64,000 bases of DNA, taken from positions 23,128,001 to 23,192,000 of the forward strand of contig NC_087252.1 of assembly GCF_037042905.1 (NCBI RefSeq). The letters are read 5' to 3'. This document shows positions 12,001-23,926 of this stretch, piece by piece. The DNA is from Lytechinus pictus (lineage: Eukaryota). A program made the position numbers and the translations under genes. Within the stretch, counting starts at the first letter, position 1. Each line of letters opens with the position of its first letter. A model generated the notes under the pieces. It ran no database searches. It was not told the origin of the DNA and was given only the letters and a program-made list of their open reading frames with translations.

Positions 12001-15000
12001 TGGAGGGGACTAGGACACACAATAAAAAAAGGGGAAATCACTGAAAATAACCAGAGAAAAAAAAATAAGAGAGGGGGAGAGAATGAAAGAAAAAAAAAGT
12101 AAGAAGAAAGACAGAAAGGACGAAGAAATAAAGGAAGAAAGAAAAAAAAGAAATAAGGGAAAGAGAGAGAGAGAGAATGGCTGCGGGGAAGAGAAAGATG
12201 GAAAGAAAGGAAGGAAGAAAGAAGGGAAAGGAGGATGGAAAAAAAAAGGAGAGGAAGAGAAACGAAGGAATGAATAAAAGGAAAAAAGAAAAGAAAAAGG
12301 GTAAACAGAAAGGAAGGAAAAGGGAAAGAAAGAAAACGAGAGAAAGGAAGAAAGGAAGAAAGAAAAGGTATAAGGATAGATGGAAGGAAGGGAAAAAAAA
12401 GAAAAAAAGAAAAGATAGATACAACGAAAGACAGAAAGAAATGAAGGAAGAAATGAAGGAAAGAGATGAAGGAAGGCAGAAAGAAAAAAAAAGGAAGAAA
12501 AGAAAGATCAAAAGAACAAAAGACAAAAAAAATCAGAAAGAAAGAAGGAAAGAAAGAAAGGAAGAAAGAAAGAAAGAAAGAAGGAAGGAAAGAAAAAAAA
12601 TAGAAAAAAAACTGAGGGGAAGAGAAAGGAAGGAAAGAAAGGAACGAATAAAAAAAGAAAAAGAAAGAAAGGAGAAAAAGAAAAGGTAAAGGATTGATGG
12701 AAGGAAATGGAAGGAAAAGAAAGAAAATGAGAGAAAGGAAAGAAGGAAGATAGGAAGAAAGAAAAGGTATAAGGATAGATGGAAGGAAGGAAAAAAGATA
12801 GAACGATAGACAGAAAGAAATAAAGGAAGGAAGGAATGAAGGAAAGAGATGAAGGAAGGCAGAAAGAAAAAATAAGGAAGAAAAGAAAGGATGGATGGAA
12901 AAAAGAAAGATCAAAAGAACGAAAGACAGAAAGACAGAAATAAGAAAAACAGAAAGAAGGAAAGAAAGGAAGGAGAAAGAAAGAATGAAAGACAAAAAGA
13001 AAGGAAGGAATGAAGGAAAGAAATAAAGAAAGTATGAAAGGGATTAAGAAAGTAAGGAAGAAAAAAAGACAGGAAGAAAAGGTAAAGAATGGATGGACGG
13101 AAGGAAGACAGTAAGAAAGAATGAAAGGAAGGGGAAAAAGAAGGAAGGATTAAAGAAATAGGTAAACAAAGGTTGGATGGAAGGAGAAAAGATAAAAAGA
13201 TAGAAAGAAAAGAATGGCAAAAAGAAAGACAGCTATAGTTTTTAGTAACAGAAAAAAATGAACAAAAGGAAGGAAGTTTAAAGAAATAAAGAGAGATTCA
13301 AAAGAAGGAAAGATAGGCAGAAAGAAAGAAAATAGAGAGGAAGAAAGCTCAAACTATCCAGTCATAAATAAAGAAAAAAATTTATCAATTTCCTTGGCTA
13401 AAAAAAATAGTTACGAAAGAAACCATGTTTATCAAGATACACACAAATGCATATGTGAGACTGTCGAACAATGTATTTCAGTGTGTGCGATACAGACGAT
13501 CATTCGAAACCCGATCTTTTTGAAGCATGACAGAAGTGAAACTTTCTCCTTTTACTGCTTACAAATGAAAGAGCTACCCCCAATTTTTAGGAAATATGGA
13601 CACTACAAGAATTTTCATTGGTAAGAATTGTGAATTTTGACAGTTCTGTGGGAGATTTTCTTCCAGAGCAAACTTCGTTCGTGCAGCACCGTACTCCATA
13701 GAAACTTAACTACATGCATCGGCTGCGTGGACTAGGCGCTAGCTAGCTAGGCTATGCTAGACTGCCATTGATTCTGTGTGTGTGTGTGTACGTCTCTGAG
13801 CTGTGTGTTTTTTGCAAAAAATGGCGCAAATTTTGCAATTCGAAAGAAGAAATTAATGATACTGCTTTTTTTTGTCTCTTTTTCTTTTCTATATTTTGAT
13901 GGTGAATGGGGAATGGGGAATGGGGAATCTTTCTAAAATATAATTTCCATAGGAGAATTTTGCTTGCCCGATTCGGGCAAGCAGTTTTTGTCTTTGCTTC
14001 AAAACACTTGCCCGACTCTATTTTTTACTTGCCCTGGGCAATAGGGCAAGTGCTTATGTCGCACCCTGATGTATATATACAGGTTTGACTGTATACAATA
14101 TAGGTTTTCATAGATTTGGCATAAATGTATATCTCAAGTGAATTACAATATCATATTATGTTACTGAGGCCATATGCTGAGATAAGATTTGGCAAGAAAA
14201 AGAAAGAAAGAAAAATGTAAAATTAAAAATCAACTCTTTGCACGCTGAATTAATTTTGGGGAGATAATAATGACAATTATTTCCATGTTATTTTCTTTGA
14301 TTGAAAATTTCTACATTGCACCAATTATACTGATGATTATCATATAGATGTTATCCAATGACTATTGCAATCTATAAGCTTCTCTAATATGTATGTAGAG
14401 GAGAAAACTAATTATTACAATTGTTAAAGTAATTGTACCAATGTGCGAAATTGCAACATCAGCATGCAACGGGTTGATAATGAAGAAGCCCAAGTATTGA
14501 AATAAAAGCTTTATCATATTTTAATTTGATGATACTAACATTACATGGGGGCTTGGGTCGATTTCACAAACCAAATGTTTACATGATCTTGGGGAATTAA
14601 AAATAGGGCCCTGTACAGTCCACATTCACTGCAATGTTAAACTAAAAATAGAAATTTGACGTGTCCAAAGGACACAGATGCCCCCGCTTGACGCGATCAG
14701 AAATTCATTCAATATGATTGAACTTAATATCGTGCAGAAACCAATATGGATACTTGTATATATATATATAATAAACAAATTTAGACCTTTGAACCAACTC
14801 GCATACATGAGCTGTGAACTTTGACCTGCGACTCCGAATCCGAACTTAGCCTGTATTTTGGTGTCATCTACCTACACACCAAAAATTGTTTAAATCCATT
14901 AAATATTTCATAAGTTATCATGCGGAAACCAACTCGCATATTTGATGAGCTGGGACCTTTGACCTGCAGACTCTGAATTCCAACTTAGTCTGTATTTTGG

Positions 15001-17103
15001 TGTCATCTACCTACACATCAAAAAAAAATTTAAATCCATACAATATTTTTCGAGTTATTGTGCGGAAACCAACTCGCATATTTAATGAGCAGTGACCTTT
15101 GCCCTGCGGACTCCAAATTCGAACTTAGCCTGTATTTTGGTGTCATCTACCTACACACCAAATTTTTAATCCATTCAATATTTTTCGAGTTATCGCGCGG
15201 AAACCAAGTGGGGGGACGGACAAACGGACAGGGACAATGCCCCCTCCAGACTTCGTCTACGGGGGCATAAAAAGTGTATCCAATAGAGCAGATTTAGGAA
15301 GTAGATTGTGCAAAGTAGCCCCCGAAAAAAATTCTTTGCCTGCTACAGAGGAAGTTACTTTTATGTATCTCATACACAATTCGCCCAGATTTACACATTG
15401 CTGGGATACATTCAATCTCTTAACATTCATTCGGGTGGGTGCGTCGTGGTCTAGTGGTTCTGACTCTCGCCTTTGAAACAGAGGGTCGTGGGTTCGAATC
15501 CTAGCCATGGCGTGTTTTCCTTCAGCAAGAAATTTATCCACACTGTGCTGCACTCGACCCAGGTGAGGTGAATGGGTACCCGGCAGGAGTAATTCCTTGC
15601 ATGCACTGAGCGCCGGTGATGGTAGCTCCAGCTAAAGCCAGGGTAATAATAGCAGCGCTTTGTATCCTCAGGCAAAAAGCGCTTTATAAATCCAGCTACT
15701 ATTATTATTTGTTTCAAAGTTGTGTCATCATCATATAATTAATCCAATAAAACCCCTGAATAACAACTCACAGGTTTTTTATAACTTGGTGTCATATCTG
15801 CAAAATAGTCTACTTGCTGTTCTTCCTCTTCATCGTCTGGATTTCCGAGCGAGGGCGCCGTTTGGTTACTAGGAGCGACCGTGGGCGTGGTAGGGTCAAT
15901 CTTGATGCTCATAGTTGAGCCATCCCCCCAGTCATCCCAATCAAGATCAACCTAGTGAAAAGAATAAAAATATTTGATTTAAAAAGATAAAATAGAAAAG
16001 AAATTATGAGTGGGTGGCAACATAACTGTAAATGTTTTGGGAAACTAAGCAAAACTTAAAAATGACAAAACTTTCAATATAATTTGATATCTGATAAAGC
16101 TTGTTTGATTGTGCTTTTATGCAAACCAAAATTTTGTTTAGGTGGACTTGCCCTTTAAGTAATATGTTCTCCACCACTTTACATCGAGCAGATGTCAAAT
16201 TGTTCAGTTCATCAATATATTTCTTAGAAATGGTGCCAAGTCGTGGCTTTGAATTATAGGTACTTGTTTTTTAGTGATCATGTAGCACTCGTGGGTTTTT
16301 CTATCAGTTGGATGATCAACGGAATGGGCTGGGCCCAATTCATCTAGGCCATGCGTTATTTCATATAGCTGGATCACATCGGTTTTATGGTGTATGTAAA
16401 GATTGGTAAATCACCTTGAAAGAGGCATTAACAGAAGGGCCACTCAAATTTGCAATATGGAATACATAATAATACATGCATAAAAGTTCATTCAACTATC
16501 AGCTGAAGAGTGTTGAAAAAGTCTGAAATAGAAAGAGCTCCCATACTTTTTGTAGAGGAAGGCCAAAAAAAATCTGAAATTAAGCTGAAAATCAAAACAA
16601 AAAAAATCTGAAATCAGATAAAAATCTGAACTCTCACACCCCTGTATCATGTGTGGACTAACTTTATTTATGGCATGCAGGAGTTATAATGTTAGCTTTC
16701 ATTGCTTCTGGCTCTTTTGAACTTTCTAATATTGCTTTTAATCACAGAAATAGAATGTGAGAAAATTACATTGCCCCGAAAAGGGACCCTGTCATTCATG
16801 ATCAGCGCTTGACCAACTAGCTTTTTACTTTTTCTAAAGATGCTTGCACAAATGTCATATGAAACCAAGCTCTTAATATCATAAGTATTTAACTTAACTT
16901 ACGCCTGAGTTATTTATTTGTGAAGTATTGCTGTAATTCTGAGCACCAGACCCATTGATGGAAGGACCCAGGGTCCCTGATGGTTTGGTGGTAGGTAGAC
17001 CGGGATCGCTGGACCGTCTCCTCCGGAACCGGAAGACGGTCCTCTTGATGAAGGAGAAGAGAGATGCGAGGCAAGAACACAGTACCCATGGCGATAGCTT
17101 CAT
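8844..17103 (-). CDS. EBAG9: EBAG9 / RCAS1 (receptor-binding cancer antigen expressed on SiSo cells) orthologue; join(complement 17103-16903, 15951-15772, 10085-9978, 9053-8844), 232 aa
   Basis: The spliced protein matches EBAG9 motifs as I recall them: N-terminal CSCLASLFSFIKR, LPTT, WDDW, DYFADMTP, SNRL, and the C-terminal ELGTW..N.WEEE..AWEAEQVIREKKLAERERRAAEQRRKKMEKE coiled coil; all three introns are phase 0 GT-AG. Confidence 0.95.
9978..10085 (-). CDS. EBAG9: EBAG9 coding exon 3 (ATIRKK...ETALLT)
   Basis: ttctcctatcag|GCC ... ACG|gtatgg; 108 nt, in frame. Confidence 0.88.
10320..10680 (-). mobile_element. Two tRNA-derived SINE fragments
   Basis: gggattcgaactcacaacc...ctctaaccactg heads; body shared with 15434-15710. 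Confidence 0.6.
11145..11582. mobile_element. Non-autonomous TIR element nested in 10737-14091
   Basis: TIR ccagttcgtagtt / aactacgaactgg; inverted homologous copy at about 56775-57192. Confidence 0.7.
11673..14068. mobile_element. hAT-like non-autonomous element with 5-bp TSD, carrying a long polypurine tract
   Basis: TIR cagggtgctacataa / ttatgtcgcaccctg, subterminal cttgccc repeats, TSD atgta at 11668-11672 and 14069-14073. Confidence 0.8.
12050..13350 (+). repeat. A/G-rich low-complexity (GAAA/GGAA)n tract
   Basis: About 1.3 kb almost devoid of pyrimidines on the + strand. Confidence 0.95.
14645..15273. mobile_element. Helentron/HINE-like element with three tandem units of about 140 bp
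   Basis: Repeated cttagcctgtattttggtgtcatctacctacaca; terminal stem-loop atgccccc...gggggcat followed by an A run. Confidence 0.6.
15434..15710 (+). mobile_element. tRNA-derived SINE, near full length
   Basis: A box gtggtctagtgg, B box ggttcgaatcc, core cactcgacccaggtg..aatgggtacc, (tat)n tail. Confidence 0.85.
15772..15951 (-). CDS. EBAG9: EBAG9 coding exon 2 (VDLDWDDW...DYFADMTPSYKKP)
   Basis: ttcactag|GTT ... CCT|gtgagt; 180 nt; absent from the ORF track. Confidence 0.93.
16903..17103 (-). CDS. EBAG9: EBAG9 coding exon 1 (MKLSPWVLCSCLASLFSFIKR...NNSG); the exon itself starts at 17150
   Basis: Kozak-like accATGa, donor GGC|gtaagt; upstream acceptor ctcactgcctcag| at 17151 implies a non-coding first exon. 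Confidence 0.92.
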
Positions 17104-17802
17104 GGTGATTACGATTGATGAGTTGACGGTATCCCTTTGTTTCAAAATATCTGAGGCAGTGAGAAAACATGATGGTTAGGATTTTATATACTGGAATATT
17201 TCATGTTACTTCTTCACTGTGTACAAGTAGCATTAAAAAAACCCAGGGACAACAGGTGCTTTTTCCCCCTAAAATCATCATAACCTACTCCCCTAAGTGC
17301 GGCCGTTGCGTGTATGCTCGCTATTTTCACATGCTTTTGCAATGGAACTGCCCACTTTTCAGCGTTCACGCGCCGTTTAGAGGCAAATTGCAGCTGCCTC
17401 ACGGAGCTCGCGAGAGCGCCATAGGAATTGTACATTGTGCCGCGCACTGGAAGCAGGGGCCAGGGCTGCCACACAATGGTGAATGCTATCCTGATCTGAA
17501 GTCGTGGTTAATCTTGACCACCGCGATTGCCATCGGCCAATTTTCGTGATAACAAAGGGAAGTACTATCAGTCCTTTTTACATGAAATGCAAATCTAGTA
17601 TGGATTAAAATAGTTTGTGCAAAATAGTTGCAGGGTAGAAAAAAAAACCCTTAAGCAGCCACACACTGGCGCAGTTACTCTTGTATTATTTTTAGATAGA
17701 GGTTTTAAAAACATTTTCATAAACAATGATTTTTTTCTTTCAGAATTTTGAGGAAAGTTAAGACTTTGTATTCTGTAGATCTACATTTAACTAAGTCTAC
17801 AA

Positions 17803-18043
17803 TGGGTGATTTCAAGTACGGTGTTGACCTTTTGGTGTTGGTGTTAGGTCAATTTTTACACGATTATAACACCAAATGTAAAATAAAGATGGTCCCGAAA
17901 AGTCACTCACTAGTTATTGAGATGTCAATAATGTGATCTTGATCAGTTTTACAAACTTAGAATAAGTTTTGGAGCTAAGGGAAGCAATCCAAAATTCAAC
18001 ACCAACACCAACACCAGGGCAAACACTGGACTTGAAATCACCC
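17803..18043. mobile_element. MITE
   Basis: TIR gggtgatttcaagt / acttgaaatcaccc. Confidence 0.7.
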
Positions 18044-18414
18044 ACTGAGATTTTGCTGCAATTTCTCCCTGATTTTACTTTCGCCACCGACGTCGAGACT
18101 TATCGCGTAAAATGCTTACCTTTAGAATCCAACGTCATGTGATAATGTCTTATGTGTACCTTGTTCTAACACTAAAGTTAGTATCCATGCTCTCATATTT
18201 GATTATGACATTGGATTTTTGAATTACTCTGCGTAAAAAAAGTGGCATTACTGTGAATTTGGGAACCAGAACCACCGGACACTTTTCACGAAAAGACATG
18301 CCCTAGCTCCCTTTTCAAGCTTCCTCACTGCTTCACCCAACCTGGTGCGCTGCTTCTAAATCCTTCAAAGAGCTTACATGTAGATGAGAAAGATTGATTT
18401 TGTCGCGTGTATTC

Positions 18415-18875
18415 TCTACTCATTGAAATGGGAACCAGCATGGAAAATTCTCGATAGAGTTGAACACGCTGGTTCCCATTTCAAAGAGTAGAGTTGAAAT
18501 GGGAACCAGCGTGGAAAATTCTCCATAGAGTTGTACACGATGGTTCCCATTTGCAGAGTAGATATAAAGACAGATTGAAATGAAATCATTTTGTCAGTGA
18601 TGATTCTGATGAAATAAATCTCGCTAGTTAATCTGTCTTTTTCTACTCCTAAAAATCTCCTGAAAATTTGAACCAGCATGCAAGATTCTTGAGAATATTC
18701 CATAGCGGGATCCCATTTTGAATAGTAGATATAAAGACAGATTACTAATGTATTTTAGTGATGATTGTAACAAAATAAATCTCAAGTAAACTGTCTTTAT
18801 CTAGACCTACACGTGAAAATGGGAACCAGCATGTACAATTCTTGAGAATTTTCCATAGCTGGTTCCCATTTTCAC
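18415..18875. repeat. Cluster of palindromic repeats
   Basis: Four hairpin units aaatgggaaccagc...gctggttcccattt and two agtagatataaagacag...ctgtcttt(a/t)tcta inverted pairs. Confidence 0.75.
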
Positions 18876-19099
18876 AAGTTCATAAAAATGATTCATGGCC
18901 ATACATGTACATCTTATTTTAGTTAATCGATTAGTGAAAGTGGCAGAGTGGACTTGAAGAGCAGGAATATGTGGGGAGGATGGATATCATTTATTATAAA
19001 ATAAGATCTATAATTCCATATTTGACTAGACTAATTAAACCCTCGCACAGAAGTGTTGACGTCATCTGAAAACTTGTCCACCCATCATCATGCCCATGG

Positions 19100-21200
19100 A
19101 AATCTGCATCTGAGCCCAATTAATAACGCATTAGGAAAGAGGGAACCAGTCGTGTGAAGAGCTTCGCATCTTAACAAAGCATTTCGCATCTATTCTTTTG
19201 AAAATCGACGAAGCGAGGTTCTTAACATATTGCGGTGAAAGGAGGTAACGACTAACGTTACTGACACTTAAAATTCGATTTGGTGACGGTGACCATTTCC
19301 CAAGAGCCAAGCATGGGACACTCACACTATTACGAGATTAGTAATACCTCGTACCCCGAACCGCGATTGGCCCTGGATTTCTATGTACATGTAGATCAAG
19401 TCGGCAAACATCGCTTCATTACAGACCTCATCCCTCAGAAGTAATAATTGCCGAAACTCCTTCTCGCTACTCACCGGCAGGTTGCTCATCGGGGCTCTTT
19501 CCAGTGAGTAGCCAATCGTATTAAGGTGAAGCTTGGATCAGCTCATAGAGTGAGTTGCATGTGCCATGTCTTGATATTCCCGTGCACGGCGGCATGTATG
19601 AATGTAGAGCCTTGGCTTGAGCTTGAGTGAGGACGGGCATGACGCACCCATGGGTGCATCTCTGCCGCCGTGTACAGGAAAATTGAGGCACGGCGCATTC
19701 AACAATTCAACAAACTGCCGTAAATTTAATAAGAGGATTTACAGAATGTAATCCTCCTACGAAACTTACCAAACGATGTGAAGTCAATTCCTCCTAATAT
19801 GATGAATATCCCTCAAAAAGCGTCATTTAAGCATTAATTTTTCTTCTCGTTGACCACAAAATACAAAGCAACCTTGCGAGTTCTCAAATTTTTCGTCTAA
19901 TGAGCGTAAGAGGGCGCGCGATTTATCTTCATATCAAAGACACTACAAGGGAAAGACTAGACACAAAAACTATCTTACACGTAAATCGATGCAAAGCGTT
20001 ACGCGAAGTCGGCAAAGTGTCCCATCTTTTTACTGTAAAGACTTTGGTGGAACGTTAATTGACAAACGAACGGTAGCACTTGCGAGGCTTCGTTCAAGGT
20101 ACTTAGAATTTTCTATATTTTTTGTTTAATTTGTCATCGCTTTGAATATTTTCCAAAACGTATTATCGTCAGCAAAAGTAATAAAAAAGTACGATTTTTA
20201 AGTTATCGCATTTATTGGTGTCTCTATTTTATCAAACAATCATTGGAATTGCGCAAACAATGAATAAAAAATCTAGTTTAAAAAATACCGACAAGCTGAA
20301 TTAAGGTTGTGAATTGTATTAGCGCCAACAACGACCTTCCTTTTATTTCCATCGAAGAGACATGCGAAGCAACTTTCCAGGGCGAGGTAAGCGATTTTGC
20401 TCTTTTTTTGCATGCTTTTTCCATGATTAAATATGTAAAATTGAAAATGGAACGCTTTTCACCAGAAAAAGCCCTGGTGAGTAGCGGAATGAGTTTCGGC
20501 TAACATTATTCGCGTTATGAAGCGATGTTAACCGACAATTCCAAAATCCATACTGTAAACACGTACGTGGTGCGAGATTCGTATAACATACTAACCTCGC
20601 AATACGTGTGAGTGGGCATGACGCACCCACGGGTACATTACCGCCGCCGTGCACAGGATGACCACTGGCACGGCACTTGCAATAAGTTTATTCGTCTTGT
20701 CTAAAAATTAGAAATAGATATCTATTTAAATTGAGATAAGCTTTGGATATGAAACTTACCAAACGATATGAAGCCAATTTCATTTCCTCTCTGGTACTTT
20801 GTCTTTATATCAATGATTTTTCTTGATGTCGAAGCAGGCATGGAGCTAATTCGCTGGTTTTCTCTAAACACACTGCAGAGAGGGCGCGCGATATTATTTA
20901 ATAAACTTGCTTGTTTGCGTCGTTTACGTCAGATATGCTGTACTGCTGGTTGCGTTCTAGGCGCTCAGCATTTTTTTCGCTGTTCAGCGTTATTTTATGA
21001 TGTAGCGCCATCAGCGATTATACGTGAGATGCAACCTGTTGATTTTTTTTGGTACAATTTCCTATTATGCGCCGACGACTTGAATCTAGACTGTTAGATA
21101 GGAAAAATTCGCATTTCGATTGTTGTTTGCGTAACTTCCACCGCAGTATTAAGGATCGGACGGAGTGTCTTGGCTGAGATTTGGAGGTAAGCGTTTAAAA
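19100..21200. promoter_or_regulatory. CpG-enriched putative promoter and first-exon region upstream of EBAG9
   Basis: Raised CpG density; unpaired minus-strand donors at about 19474, 19769 and 20759 and plus-strand donors at about 20387 and 21187; TGACGCA motifs. Confidence 0.45.
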
Positions 21201-21404
21201 TCCCTTTTTATAAATACGTTCGAGACTTCGAGCACATTTTTAAAATTGAATTAAATAATAAGATTTAGATTAATAAATTTAGTATATTGTGAAGATTTTG
21301 GCGTGTTTCATTCTCTCACATTCGTGTGATGAATGAAATCGTCAAAATTCATTATGAAATGACATGCTTTGTGCGAGGTTAGTAGGATGGGGGGTCGGGT
21401 GTCC

Positions 21405-22436
21405 CAGAGATGCCAACTTTTGGAAATCAGAATTAGGGAGGATTTGCAACCGACACCAAATTATGTGCGCGTAGCGCACATCTCGAGCGCGGAGCGCTCG
21501 ACCCTTGCGGCCGGGGTCGAGGGCCCACCTTAGGGCCCTGGAAGCTCTGGGTTTCTAGATGCTCTCTGGTGCAATCTGACCCTTATTTTGGAGCATTTCA
21601 CATGTTTTTAAAAAAACATTGTTCCCACTTTTTTTACATAAAAATAAAAATATCAAATATGCATTTTTACATGTAAAAAAAATGAGGGGACAATAGAAGA
21701 AAAGTACCTGTTCAACTATAATAATGAGGAATTATCCTCTTTATTATTATTAAAGCGCGGGTAACGTCTTCCTCCTCGCTGGTCCCTTGCTTGGTGAAAT
21801 AAGTCAACAGGGTACTAGTGGAGCTCGAACTCGAAGATCTCGTCTTCGCAATGTCCGTATGCCGTTTGCTCCCTATGTGCTTCCGAATATCATCACGACC
21901 TCCGTGCTCAACTTTAATGTCCACGCTGCAAATTGTGCAAAATGCATGGTAGATTCCTCTTTCCGAATACACGGGTACTGGAGACTGTATTCAGTCTTAT
22001 ACTTCTGAGACCATTTCTTGGTCTTTTTTTGTTGATTTTCCGCCATTTCGTGTCAATATCAACCCATCAATACGCCGAAATCACACACCGATATTCCATC
22101 GCACGACTCGACAAATCCAGCGGCCGCGAGCGCACACGCCTCGCGAAGCTAGCCAGGCCTACCGGCCTGGTGCACAGTGGATTCCCGTTGGGCATATCAC
22201 ATGCACCAGCTTTTCGCTGCTCCTTATTTGTCTGCCTTTCACACAGAATTTAGTAGCAGCGAAACGTGATGGAGTTACTACATGCTAAAGTCAGCAGACG
22301 ATACATGTACTTCCAATCCAATTTGATCAATGCAAAAAAAATTGTAATTTCGGGATAAGGATGGTAATCGTAAGGGCGGGAGTTGGGATGAATTTTCGGG
22401 AGCCTCCCGATGAAATCGGGAGGGTTGGCATCTCTG
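21405..22436 (-). mobile_element. Internally deleted hAT-like transposon with 6-bp TSD and frameshifted N-terminal transposase zinc finger
   Basis: TIR cagagatgccaac / gttggcatctctg, TSD gtgtcc; from ATG at 22046 MAENQQKKTKKWSQKYKTEYSLQYPCIRK, then a frameshift into HAFCTIC..IKVEHGGRDDIRKHIGSKRH (BED-like C2H2). Confidence 0.85.
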
Positions 22437-23264
22437 GTGTCCGGACACTTAATATTTTTGAAGCCTTCTTTTTTGTCTTTGGATTAGGCCTACACTAAAA
22501 ATATGAATTCAATACTATCACTACTTGTAATCATCTTCTATTTTGTTCTTTATAATATTTCCTAACATTTTGTACTAAAAATTTATGAAACTTCGCTTTC
22601 AAATTTTTCCAAATGACTTTCTAAAATTGATCGTCCGGACACACAACCTGTCCGGACACACAACAACTGGGTATATAACTAAGTTAGCCTCGCATGCTTG
22701 TGTGAGTGGGCATGACGGGATGGCCATAAATAAAATTAAAAAGTTGATCCGCAGCTCACTATATGTCGTCATCAATAACGCGATTGGTATCATACTCCTG
22801 AACCCTGCTCATTGTGGGAGCTCGGTTCAGCAGCCTTTTCACGCTCTCTCAACACCAACAAAATAACGTAACTTGCAAACTCAGGAGGTCTGCTCCTCCC
22901 CGCAGCGCACCCGGTAGCGTCGGCAGGCTGGCTGACGAGATGCCGCTCGCATCGCCATGATGAGGAACTGAGGAAGGGAGCAGCAGTCAAGAAAAAAAAA
23001 CGAGAACGGAATTCGGAACCACTCTTTTTTTATATAAGTAATATATCAACTTACCGATTTATTAGCCTTATAGTGAGTGGATCTATGAGTTGATGACTTC
23101 TGTAACAGTTGAATACAATGAGCAGTTTTGTAAAGTTCCCGGCGTAAAGAAGAACACATCATCACTTTTCATTAACTTCCCTGCAACATGGGCGCATCCA
23201 TTTTTTGCTTCATAAAAAATACCGCCATCTCTTGACATTTGTCTGAAAGTCCTTATTTATATTC

Positions 23265-23715
<451 letters not shown>

Positions 23716-23926
23716 CGTACGTAAAGTGCCCTTGAAAAAAGAAATTTTTACGTGTTTTATTTGGTATCCACTCGTCAATGTAAGTGCCCCCCCCCCCGGA
23801 ATCGAGTTACAACTGTTGTATTGTAACTTTGCTTTTATGGCCACTAGCATATGGAAAGCTTGATTTTGATTGGTTGCCGAGCCCTGTTTCCATGGTACTT
23901 GCCATAATAGCTAAGTTACAACAGTT

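Larger units (their letters stand above)
10737..14091. mobile_element. Tc1/mariner (Tigger/pogo-like) non-autonomous element hosting two nested insertions
   Basis: TA|cagtcaaacctgt ... acaggtttgactg|TA; repeated subterminal tagtggccac motif. Confidence 0.8.

Noticed and set aside
11913..12995. 360-aa F/L/S-rich ORF and overlapping K/E/R-rich ORFs
   Set aside because: Artefacts of the polypurine tract inside a transposon; no domain structure
15434..15510. tRNA-like sequences here and at about 2995, 10320, 43850, 46810, 56010 and 57235
   Set aside because: They continue into shared SINE bodies and tails and lack a proper cloverleaf end; SINE heads, not tRNA genes
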